Assembly (NCBI GenBank): GCA_032718475.1
Contig: JAUCBJ010000668.1
Span: 70,994 to 134,993, forward strand
DNA length: 64,000 bases
Direction: 5' to 3'
Source: Nemertoderma westbladi
Taxonomy: Eukaryota; Animalia; Xenacoelomorpha
A program made the translations under genes and the position numbers. Below are positions 60,901-64,000 of the stretch, in pieces (the first letter of the stretch is position 1; every line of letters starts with the position of its first letter). The notes beneath the pieces are model-generated. The model was not told the origin of the DNA, ran no database searches, and saw nothing but the letters and a program-made list of their open reading frames with translations.

Positions 60901-63796
60901 TCATAAAAAAAAGTTTGGAATGCCGAAAAACATGCCCACAATAATTTTTATATAGATTCACTTAACTACTATTTTGTTATGTTGACAGGCATTTGTAACC
61001 GAGGATGCTAAACCAGAAATCTGGGCCCACCGTTCATGGAATCAAGAATATTCCAAGAATATGATGTATATTCCAACAGTTTTCAGGTACATTTATTTAG
61101 TGATACCAAATAATAAGTCATTCAAAGCAAATATGTGAAAACAAAATTGAACTTTAAATAAGCTTTACATATTGACATTTCAAAATGGTACAATTATTAA
61201 TTATTTTCAGGAGAGCCATGAGACAATTTGGTGCTTTACTTCCACAATTTAACAGCGGAATCGGATTAAAATTAAGAACAGGGGCATCAACGTCGGTCTT
61301 AGAACCAACTCATACATTGAATGAAGAGCAGACGAATGTAAAGATAGCTGGTAAGAAATGAATGACAGTCTGAAATGTGTCATAAACTGAAAGTAAGTCT
61401 ATATGCCTACGTTACTCAATAGCAGCAATACCAATGACAATTTTCTAATCATAGCAATCATGATTTCGAAGAATTCTCTACACTGGATATTTTTTACGCA
61501 CATTTAATGTATTAATTTGTACCAATCCTTCAAAATTTGATATTTGTCCAGATTTATTATTTGTTACAGGTTTAGTTGTAACATTGGTAAACAGTTTTTA
61601 TACATTGGTTATTATTTGTTACAGGTTTAGATGTAACATTGGTAAACACTTTTTATACATTGGTTATTATTTGTTACAGGTTTAGTTGTAACATTGGTAA
61701 ACAGTTTTTATACATTGGTTATTATTTGTTACAGGTTTAGTTGTAACATTGGTAAACAGTTTTTATACATTGGTTATTATTTGTTACAGGTTTAGTTGTA
61801 ACATTGGTAAACAGTTTTTATACATTGGTTATTATTTGTTACAGGTTTAGTTGTAACATTGGTAAACAGTTTTTATACATTGGTTATTATTTGTTACAGG
61901 TTTAGATGTAACATTGGTAAACACTTTTTATACATTGGTTATTATTTGTTACAGGTTTAGTTGTAACATTGGTAAACAGTTTTTATACATTGGTTATTAT
62001 TTGTTACAGGTTTAGTTGTAACATTGGTAAACAGTTTTTATACATTGGTTATTATTTGTTACAGTTTTAGTTGTAACATTGGTAAACAGTTTTTATACAT
62101 TGGTTATTATTTGTTACAGTTTTAGATGTAACATTGGTAAACACTTTATACATAGGTTATTATTTGTTACAGGTTTAGATGTAACATTGGTACACATTCC
62201 AGGAGAAACTGACGACCAAATGGGCCTCTACATTCCGAGTAAGTCTGCCTTTTTCTGCGGCGACAACATCTACAAGGCTTTCCCGAACCTCTACGCGATA
62301 CGCGGCGTTCCCAACCGCGATCTTCTCCAATGGGTTCGCTCCATCGATAAAATCCGATCGTTTCACCCGGAGATCCTAGTTCCGTCTCACACGCGACCCG
62401 TCCATGGAAGAAAACGAATAGAGAGTCTATTACGGGACTACAGAGACGCGATACAGTACGTCCACGACCAAACAGTCCGGTACATAAACAAAGGACTATT
62501 CCCGGATCAAATCGTAGAGCGGGTGAAACTTCCGGCGGCGTTACAGAAGCATCCGTATCTACAGGAACTGTACGGGACGGTGGAATGGTCGGTGCGGGGG
62601 ACCTACAACGGGTATCTGGGTTGGTTCAACGGGGATCCCGTCGAACTATCGCCGGCAACGCGACTGGAGCGAGCCCGGGGGGTCGTGGAGTTGGCGGGGA
62701 GTAGCGAGCGGGTAATCCGAGCGGCGGAATCGGCGCTGTCCAATGGGAATCCTCGTTGGGCCCTTGAGTTGGCGAGTCACGTGTTCCTACTGGAACCGGA
62801 AGTGGGGCGACGTACACGCGGCAAAGCGTTGAAAGCGTTGGCAAGAGAGCAGACAAGCTCCAACGGGAGGAATTACTACTTAACGATGGCGGTTGAAGAC
62901 GAGAAATTGGTTGACAATAGGATGAAGGAGTCGCAGTTGACCACGGGGATGATGGGGGCAAAGGTGTCGTCGATCCTACGGGGAATGGCGATGAAGCTAA
63001 AAGCGGAAGAGTTCGAAACTGAGAACGTTAAGTTGGTTATGAACTTCACTGATATTGAAGAGGTGCATCTATGTCACGTTAGAAACGGGATACTCGACGT
63101 GGTGCAGTTGACTGAATCGTTTAATGAAGCCGACGTTACTATAACAACCACTGCGGTCGTGTGGAAGGAGATTATCGCCGGGATTAGGAGTGCTACAGTT
63201 GCCATGGTTACAGGAGAGTTCCGAATAGATGGTGAAGGCGACCCCAGGACCGTAGTCAATAAGTTCTTCGATATGTTCGAAAAATACCACGAGTCTTTTG
63301 AGAAGGAAGAATTTTAACATCAGAGTTAGGTTAATTTTGTAATAATTTGATTAATTTGTGCGCATTCTAAATTATCTATATCGTTAACATTAATAACCTA
63401 AATCATCATTAGTTTAGTTAACAATTTCGAGCACACAATTACAAAATATTATTCGTAATGAAAATGAATAAAGTCTCAATAAATATCTTAAGTTTTACAA
63501 ATATACTTAAAAACAAGATAATAAAATTGGTGAAAACCGTACAAAGACAGCGAATCAAATAATTAATTTACCTGAAAGGTTTTAGATCGGGGTGTATAAG
63601 ATCATCAGCATCGGGTTGGCATTGGCCGTAGAGGACGTAGTCTGTAATAAGATCAGCTGGTCCAAATAGTTTCACTTTCACCTGAATCCAATCCAAATTG
63701 GTCAACAATGAATAAAGGTCTTCGTATAGATTGGCTTCCTTCATGTGTTTACATAGCGCCCAGTGGATGTATTGGTCGTCGGGTAATTCATCAAAC
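6782..63796 (-). CDS. APAF1: Apaf-1-like apoptotic protease-activating factor, 3' part (helical domain + WD40 repeats); 12 exons: 63572-63796, 47317-47481, 38697-38860, 32091-32335, 31244-31436, 28765-28969, 20397-20613, 20125-20256, 19412-19657, 9496-9771, 8710-9081, 6782-6949; 5' exons (CARD/NB-ARC) presumably lie beyond the window
   Basis: All exons are bounded by AG/GT and phases match across all 11 introns. Peptides resemble Apaf-1 in the expected order: LLTNLDWIQVKVKLFGPADLI (helical domain), PDIIQLGL...LYEQAK...MYLDWCN, WD40 blades (HDNTVLCCTFSHDDAKFASCGSDNTVRIWD), and the C-terminus LLQTFYVNG...SQDFTRFASIDSSGLLYMLE. Similarity is from recall, not a search. Confidence 0.88.
8710..9081 (-). 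CDS. APAF1: Apaf-1-like WD40 exon
   Basis: ccacag|ATA TGG GAT...AAG|gttagt; encodes CVRSCRFSPCSRYLATGDDTGRVKVW...HNAWVTDIAFNADGSRLVSTG. Confidence 0.88.
9120..9395. repeat. Degenerate TGTC/TGTT simple repeat in an Apaf-1 intron
   Basis: Repeated TGTCTGTTTGTCTATAT-like units. Confidence 0.8.
9496..9771 (-). CDS. APAF1: Apaf-1-like WD40 exon
   Basis: ttacag|ATT TAC...CTC|gtaagt; encodes LITAGNDKLISVWS...LEGHTSAVNQV. Confidence 0.85.
9814..14453. repeat. 22-bp satellite (GTAAATAAATACAAGTTAGATT), ~210 near-identical copies, intronic
   Basis: Directly visible; ~4640 bp / 22. Confidence 0.98.
14454..15336. mobile_element. Foldback MITE (TACACCATG... family); left tip missing at the satellite boundary
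   Basis: Almost entirely palindromic (14454-14835 vs 14925-15300); related ends at ~7071, 19701-20056 and ~58880-58995. Confidence 0.8.
15343..19014. mobile_element. Non-autonomous TIR element rich in GGGCCA motifs, with nested insertions
   Basis: Ends TACGTTTGGGCTGAAGGGCCA / TGGCCCTTTAGGCCGAACGTA in TA-rich flanks; 15850-15950 is repeated at 17500-17600. Confidence 0.55.
17633..18952. mobile_element. Nested MITE (TA|CACTGA...TCAGTG|TA) with internal ~175-bp tandem repeats
   Basis: Terminal CACTGA/TCAGTG flanked by TA; 3-4 copies of an AAACC-rich unit at ~18160-18760. Confidence 0.6.
19412..19657 (-). CDS. APAF1: Apaf-1-like WD40 exon
   Basis: tttcag|ATT TGG GAC...AAG|gtaagt; encodes IWDAMEL...FAYGCDTGTIK. 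Confidence 0.85.
19701..20056. mobile_element. Short MITE of the TACACCATG family
   Basis: TACACCATG...ATAGTGTCATTTTC / GAAAATGACATTAT...CATAGTGTA. Confidence 0.65.
20125..20256 (-). CDS. APAF1: Apaf-1-like WD40 exon
   Basis: atatag|ATT...ATG|gtgagt; encodes IRIWDAVSGKIISTLNMHTSWVYSVAFSHCGRKIISASDDETVM. Confidence 0.87.
20397..20613 (-). CDS. APAF1: Apaf-1-like WD40 exon
   Basis: ttgtag|G AAT ATG...TCG|gttagt; encodes VSNLCWSPDSSTIASSCWGEVHVWD. Confidence 0.85.
21163..22917 (+). mobile_element. 5'-truncated RTE-like LINE with a disrupted reverse transcriptase
   Basis: RT motifs FRGISLISIAAKLYNRIL, VDFFKAFD, GILQGDILAPFLF, LDFADD; frameshift and stop; (AGT)n tail; TSD TAACCTAT (21155-21162 / 22918-22925). 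Confidence 0.9.
23448..25103 (-). CDS. Gypsy RNase H C-half + integrase
   Basis: ELELLAV...TDHRPL...DALSR; HxxH...CxxC; ADLF...TDGGPQF...SNGHAEAAV. Confidence 0.92.
   Translation of the reverse strand: MVELELLAVTWALRKCRIFLSGLADFEIVTDHRPLVSILDHHTLDEVENPRLQRLKERTMAYSFHTIWAAGKSHCIPDALSRAPVADPTAEDLADELDLVYSPATVSALATSLSSSTHLVDSLIISLKDAASLDPTYQELLHAVQSGFPIKPMGALLPYWKLRDKLSWDTGLVLYDNRLVVPMGMRPGVLQRLHASHQGVERTKRRARLAVFWPNIGEDIRHMVDSCGLCQESRPSQPREPLLQEDQPSRPFEDTSADLFDVSGRSYLVYTCRFSGWPCVTEWRSPPTASAVTRALSREFSATGVPIRLRTDGGPQFDAHDFRAFAQCWGVSLSPSSPYNPSSNGHAEAAVKAMKNLVKKSGFLTDAFNQGLLEWRNTPNSTGLSPAQIVFGAPLRSLVPAHHTTYAPQWCTIAEVADRRSDVKATERAAHDQHTRGLPRLYLGTTVLLQDPNTKRWDRTGTIVQVGPHRDYKIKLASGRVYRRNRRFLRPATPPHPTPTLEPTQPPQTQVSTDPTTTTAPQPERRVQFAPEPLPLPQRRSQRKIRPPDYL
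25125..26768 (-). CDS. Gypsy Gag (zinc knuckles) + aspartic protease
   Basis: CGNCGGTPH...CPA...CLNCQRRGHLQRMC; LPDTGSDVNIM. Confidence 0.9.
   Translation of the reverse strand: MTLMAYSHDSTLPATDDRDGTLSESDVSATVSPKTHHTRKLSYDELFRALTDHQRVADDQHRRETEEYRRVVEEQRREDARRADERLAALIEALLPRAAIPLAPPTMPTAGDHGPNPRHPPRVIDTRALERLDADIRLPEFRTWRRQWEFFVRQHRLTSYPVDEQTAALLGTFTTRLARSVEVNCALDLSDPTLAPSTVLDALQVYLRGQSNLALDYVNFINRSQRPGETVDEYRIALEDLGAELCTHCRSHQIAVRFVAGLLCAETKQKLLARTPFPDLPEVIDISRAEEAASREHANVRIGGPTSSVYRATSRELPRDNGRRRGSHRSVDRQCGNCGGTPHTTRSDCPAYEVICLNCQRRGHLQRMCRSSAPAATHGKVGLLRTHQITDSTSHGTRPERPVPAPLVSVTISGARGSCTLLVLPDTGSDVNIMGLTLVGRFGEQPDRLHESAQQVEAANGLSLHIGGSLPLTISFQNRSLSTSFLISREYDGILLSWRTCTELGILRYHDAVPQPLMATAMAIQHPQTPVQSMRPLPPPLVLNICL
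28765..28969 (-). CDS. APAF1: Apaf-1-like WD40 exon
   Basis: atctag|GC TCC...CAT AG|gttagt; encodes AHFDAVKDVSFSPNGNTIASCSVDGTVKVW...TYTGH. Confidence 0.87.
29370..29751. mobile_element. piggyBac-like MITE
   Basis: TCAA|CCCTATCTGGCCCGGG ... CCCGGGCCAAATAGGG|TTAA. Confidence 0.65.
30695..30975 (+). mobile_element. 3' fragment of the same RTE-like LINE
   Basis: Near-identical to 22630-22910, ending in AGTAGTAG. Confidence 0.9.
31244..31436 (-). CDS. APAF1: Apaf-1-like WD40 exon
   Basis: ttgcag|CTC AAC...AAC G|gtaagt; encodes HRIISKVQFHPSNSNQLVCCSGN. Confidence 0.8.
31815..31995 (-). mobile_element. tRNA-derived SINE with a Meta-like central domain
   Basis: Minus strand: B-box-like GGATCGAGCCC followed by GTCCACTCAGC...GGTCGATAAAATTAGTACCAG; resembles the MetaSINE domain from recall. 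Confidence 0.5.
32091..32335 (-). CDS. APAF1: Apaf-1-like WD40 exon
   Basis: ttttag|GT GAC...GGC|gtgagt; encodes HDNTVLCCTFSHDDAKFASCGSDNTVRIWDSSTGE. Confidence 0.88.
32329..32412 (-). repeat. Three degenerate copies of the acceptor junction TTGTTTTAG|GTGACG
   Basis: + strand CGTCACCTAAAACAA at 32330 and 32368, CGTCACCGAAAACAA at 32395. Confidence 0.8.
32715..32937. repeat. 41-bp minisatellite, ~5.5 copies
   Basis: TCTTTAGATGTTGGTACTGATGGAGAGCTGGCCGTGGAGGG repeated. Confidence 0.92.
33881..35302 (+). CDS. PARL-like mitochondrial rhomboid, predicted catalytically inactive; intronless, nested antisense in an Apaf-1 intron
   Basis: Matches recalled PARL segments: VYLSA, TAGTALKAAVA, H-x-x-x-LTALLFGVFYV. 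GASG is replaced by GPAP and HAAH by HASR. Basic, amphipathic-looking N-terminus. Confidence 0.75.
   Translation: MMLILHARLQSCRLLIKTQRPTQNPLTKLTMRTLKISAQLQTADTDNEIQKMVWHSRRKERLIKPDTESTALIRPTDYQWDEFPRDKHGIPLDTPRYRHYKRVKYTEILTSRYHDYTGPRPMDILRLCAVASGVLLVVCIGVSAWRYEDAKRKFDASIAANCCHDDQEYKREFIKFYNANKGDPNEVHLITYGILAYHWSVKLFSYGFEAIKRGTFTERFDPSRWDPWNFSRPSPHPELRPGSSWSRLLRHLLVPRLLRSNHTIFLLVVSLLFHEVMQQAPPVLDKFQALQVYLSATVVAQCGGECFRYIRRTFPPRLGVCGPAPGMLALVATVAFLRPDVQLWIPAFNRNYLSYTPVPATDRPLWRYFDATEWRWYPTAGTALKAAVATETALCLLATTGRPIHNLFYIKSAIRSLHSSHASRLTALLFGVFYVVFFSDFCANQQVTIVTQYDKLRDSFSNYRTKPSLFNSH
35766..37003 (+). CDS. DPH5: Diphthine methyl ester synthase; exons 35766-35934, 36186-36651, 36820-37003
   Basis: MLYLVGLGL...VYLEAYTSIL; LVVGDPLGATTHTDL; GLHTLCLLDIKVKEQ; GLARVG...PLHCLVIP; phase-consistent GT-AG introns. 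Confidence 0.95.
37338..38558 (-). CDS. Type I membrane protein with Ig-like ectodomain, intronless ORF
   Basis: Signal peptide; Cys/Trp pattern and QDYGVYVAEV (Ig F-strand-like); TM LVVIMVVSCLLIAFGAVPVVLFLMYF; cytoplasmic PPAY. Confidence 0.7.
   Translation of the reverse strand: MKVIALIDILVALFVGVVRANGSALQCSCSVDGESSSKFCHFTTNQTVKLECGLLNLEHETQDTGQTVHGYLEGVPIANWTKLPDNDQSGVRYVTEVITNESHYRGVEFSCVHSRDSCSVDLYHKANVTKLEVGKILVFLRKPGFVSDLDTCDLDERRRESELIWINELGEQITTDKHLTTKLYFSQMLICTERVGEEYTNVKKLFVQVFKLVVSRGNGSVVVFSGVTLAVQFGEVLNLEWQAVTRPGFTRTVKDYDMVYSIEGPRGNRTVVRESSRITVSSEQDYGVYVAEVRPGSHADNNGKTLGNKKVDSVVIRFAIVEANNVSSQKLRLVVIMVVSCLLIAFGAVPVVLFLMYFKRNREESARRQRRCESVSKVSVAPPAYYTVVSVDRSGSKTNQQLTEIY
38697..38860 (-). 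CDS. APAF1: Apaf-1-like exon, first WD40 blade (this frame is not in the ORF track)
   Basis: tttcag|A GAC CCA...AAC A|gttagt; encodes DPSQPLQLSTKHHDGPVHCARFSHNGSLFISGGDDYSIKICDAESG; phase 2 in and phase 1 out match the neighbouring exons. Confidence 0.85.
39320..40658 (+). mobile_element. Internally deleted non-LTR retrotransposon (APE endonuclease start joined to the post-RT C-terminus)
   Basis: KVSLWNIEG...DVLLFTET...GRPHGG and IIGGDFN-like sequence, then EICNKYEYLGIV; AATAAA and an A-tail near 40610-40658. Confidence 0.7.
41251..42324 (+). CDS. RBM48: RNA-binding protein 48, intronless, nested antisense in an Apaf-1 intron
   Basis: HH...VCGTRPPYRDGRRERAVKVFTVADESLYLLV...RRRLDDFNFFGGFIHVTYAPELES, the characteristic RBM48 N-terminus and RRM. 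Confidence 0.92.
   Translation: MNHHRRLEVCGTRPPYRDGRRERAVKVFTVADESLYLLVHRVPTVAPIEDLLKLFGKFGNISHHERREQELSTTDNEFTQTFLIKFSSLLGAGFARRRLDDFNFFGGFIHVTYAPELESLAETRDKFLTRSRRVVHHIERLRREKAGNLNSGVRGKKITGEGGRLISRKRDKNSSVLNKNVPLQRPTNTSDSTTDSNALEIAETSEVYSRKETSSPRTPIPPILDVALNPRNNVNPPAIGHAVDQSKYSAYHGGDRLLTSKIQPKAFTLTENNSVTIVTGKVKRPNKVQKSNRGGHNRGCWSWRKREVSDHKIDPNQTVGKSDKVSDPNRSIGKSHKVSDPRLFLPRILSLSSRKHP
42937..47352 (-). repeat. ~43-bp tandem array (~100 copies) = last ~35 nt of the Apaf-1 exon ending at 47317 + first 8 nt of the intron
   Basis: Minus-strand unit GGATGAG(A/G)AAAAATATATCTAGACTGGTGCAATAG|GTTAGTGC vs the exon end GGATGATGAAAAAATGTATCTAGACTGGTGCAATAG|GTTAGTGC. Confidence 0.95.
47317..47481 (-). 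CDS. APAF1: Apaf-1-like exon, end of helical domain
   Basis: ctttag|G ACT ATG...AAT AG|gttagt; encodes VSVNSHLLVQKHPPDIIQLGLLSDRSSKLYEQAKRRALQLTDDEKMYLDWCN. Confidence 0.85.
49745..49925 (+). promoter_or_regulatory. Pol II promoter of element ORF1 (CRE, 2 CCAAT, TATA, Inr-like)
   Basis: TGACGTCA at 49747; two CTGATTGG; TATAATAG at 49838; TCATT ~25 nt later; paralogous to the promoter at 53040-53285. Confidence 0.65.
49964..51673 (+). CDS. Orphan 569-aa protein, element cargo ORF1
   Basis: Intact intronless ORF; C-terminal bipartite-NLS-like KRKL...PKRVK; ATTAAA after the stop; no family recognised. Confidence 0.8.
   Translation: MAHSEISYSSNDLVCNENQFMLQDNSFGLYFDSANKLFPLTINTTLNQPIPIPANYAHFIFRACYELHDGQYQTLDDNKLHSSNHGFKLLKRDNKITFNLTTSPETFTIPTSIVDFIRENINQDVANRLLGLTTLVTSFFSDDRLFDFHSIANSILLLIWNSSTPTEEEETRFFKLFDKDVLTFGEKLNELTCFFANKVSYYFGFNYRVGTYGSINPLNPLELIKLEDTVNSSWITFSVACANLFQQYVNICRPFINPTTHLVLKPGNWVAFDYCTFGFVTNIRNERNLAITNGYRVDDGKAIVSSRGMILLTPSEVGELKWFVSTFEDSECVCYDELNVYKDNISERISIQSCISDSEIDLQIIERKFNESFTIANTIQAREALIRFKAMAIQFAFKPKQITIPNHQRYLINSSIAAFIYKFKSEKYVGIWPILMKDEENTTFQFTNGLNIRGSDFLTINITNPPNSHYYLSPYIHIKNKPAEIIFTNTKNTNTITLSNDFTIARLFELLKRSLREGIFLPQQTHLNLFHLPRKGYLNKLLKRKLSQPLIVSDPKRVKPVILGDQQPY
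51992..52885. repeat. Array of palindromic 22-bp units TGAGGCATAG-A-CTATGCCTCAC with TGAGGCAC half-units
   Basis: Directly visible; each unit is a 10-bp perfect inverted repeat. Confidence 0.95.
53040..53285 (+). promoter_or_regulatory. Pol II promoter of element ORF2 (GC box, 3 CCAAT, TATA, Inr-like)
   Basis: GGGCGG; three ATTGG; TATAATAG at 53193; TCATTC; paralogous to the ORF1 promoter. Confidence 0.65.
53340..54392 (+). CDS. 350-aa element cargo ORF2: C2H2-like finger, NLS, long acidic tract, 4 helical repeats
   Basis: CLVC-x11-H-x3-H; PSPKKFKK; E/D/S tract; repeats of EEILRQILGNKNQMRKFIKQMEENEENR type. Confidence 0.8.
   Translation: MHRHETCLVCNKEMRQDNLSRHMETHGKEKLMAPSPKKFKKSEDIFSEDEKKKRDERDILNIKQTMESKFHKVMNILKGIQKQLPLENEENLGEKDGEEEDDEMENENSEGQDEVEESEVENDESEDQEEDEESEVQEVGEDSEGQEENEESEEQEEDEESEEQEDDEESEGGEEDEESEGQKEGEESEDQESGEEDENDDNEEIKRQLLGNKNQLRKIIKHLKENEENKEATLTQVLGSKIKLQKFIKHLEENDENKEEILRQILGNKNQMRKFIKQMEENEENREEILRQVLGNKSKLLKINEQLNKIKKQLGNEEDESKVNQPAFTNFRRPMIKNSRSVNARAGRRY
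54836..54920 (-). ncRNA. Degenerate tRNA(Leu)-like Pol III unit
   Basis: Minus strand GCCTCCG...GGTCTAAGG...TCTCTAATTGGAGG...GAGTTCGAACCC TGGAAGC, then a T6 run (54821-54826). Confidence 0.4.
54974..55470. repeat. Second palindromic 22-bp array, inverted relative to 51992-52885
   Basis: Units GTGAGGCATAGTCTATGCCTCA, the reverse complement of the first array. Confidence 0.95.
55532..55605 (+). ncRNA. Degenerate tRNA(Val)-like Pol III unit
   Basis: GTTC...TGGTGTAGTGGTT (A box)...TTCACAT...GGTTCGATCCC (B box)...GAACCA, then TTTT; stems imperfect. Confidence 0.5.
57750..63317 (+). CDS. Alkyl/aryl sulfatase (SdsA1/BDS1 family, metallo-beta-lactamase fold) with N-terminal TM anchor; exons 57750-57935, 59613-59819, 60989-61086, 61211-61350, 62173-63317
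   Basis: GIYVAIGYALANS...IVDTTES...YTHHHADHIYG; RAMRQFG; PGETDDQ; FPNLYAIRG; LVPSH; YGTVEWSVR...YLGWF; SCP2-like C-terminus; phases consistent. Confidence 0.9.
58650..59553. mobile_element. MITE-like element with CAA/TTG-rich inverted arms in sulfatase intron 1
   Basis: GGTAGGTGCAAAAATGCACAACG ... CGTTGTGCATTTTAGCACATACCC; GAGCAACAA repeats mirrored. Confidence 0.55.
61553..62192 (+). repeat. 55-bp tandem array (~12 junction copies) = last 35 nt of the intron + first ~20 nt of sulfatase exon 5
   Basis: Unit ...TTATTATTTGTTACAG|GTTTAG(A/T)TGTAACATTGGTA; the final copy is the acceptor at 62172/62173. Confidence 0.95.
63572..63796 (-). CDS. APAF1: Apaf-1-like exon, helical domain
   Basis: ttgtag|G TTT GAT...TTC AG|gtaaat; encodes FDELPDDQYIHWALCKHMKEANLYEDLYSLLTNLDWIQVKVKLFGPADLITDY. 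Confidence 0.88.
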
Positions 63797-64000
63797 CTAC
63801 AACACAATACCATCCGGCTGTTAGGCCAGGGATTACGCACCAAGTCTGAACACGATTTCCAGTGCCGTCCCCCAATAATATTACTCCCCAGAGAAAACTT
63901 CAGTACTCATTTTGGCTGCCATTTAAGGATGCAAGGGAGACATGAACACGGGCTAGTCCCTTTAGAGCAATCGGGTCAAAACGAACTCTGGCCTCCGAGT

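Noticed and set aside
62079-62172. N-terminus of the 412-aa ORF as coding
   Set aside because: It lies in the 55-bp intronic array; phase and homology indicate the exon starts at 62173.

Overview
Eukaryotic (invertebrate animal-like) genomic DNA. The backbone is the 3' part of an Apaf-1-like gene on the minus strand. I could thread 12 phase-consistent GT-AG exons from 63796 down to a stop at 6782, covering the helical domain, the WD40 propellers and an Apaf-1-type C-terminus. Its introns hold five nested host genes: a PARL-like rhomboid lacking both catalytic residues, DPH5, an Ig-like receptor, RBM48 and a BDS1/SdsA1-type alkyl sulfatase. They also hold an RT-deleted Gypsy element, LINE fragments and many MITEs. 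Two things stand out. (1) Several large intronic tandem arrays are amplified copies of the adjacent exon-intron junction itself (58-, 43- and 55-bp units plus a 3-copy mini array), all centred on AG|GT, and two unrelated donor arrays share the core ATAG|GTTAGTG. (2) An 8.3-kb element (48703-57003) has Polinton/Maverick-type ends (AGTAGTAG...CTACTACT, 6-bp TSD AGTGAT) but no recognisable polB, integrase or capsid gene. It carries two orphan intronless ORFs with a shared promoter, convergent CTCF-like sites, inverted hairpin arrays, two tRNA-like Pol III units and end-specific covarying stems in its TIRs. All calls were made by eye; no database searches were run.
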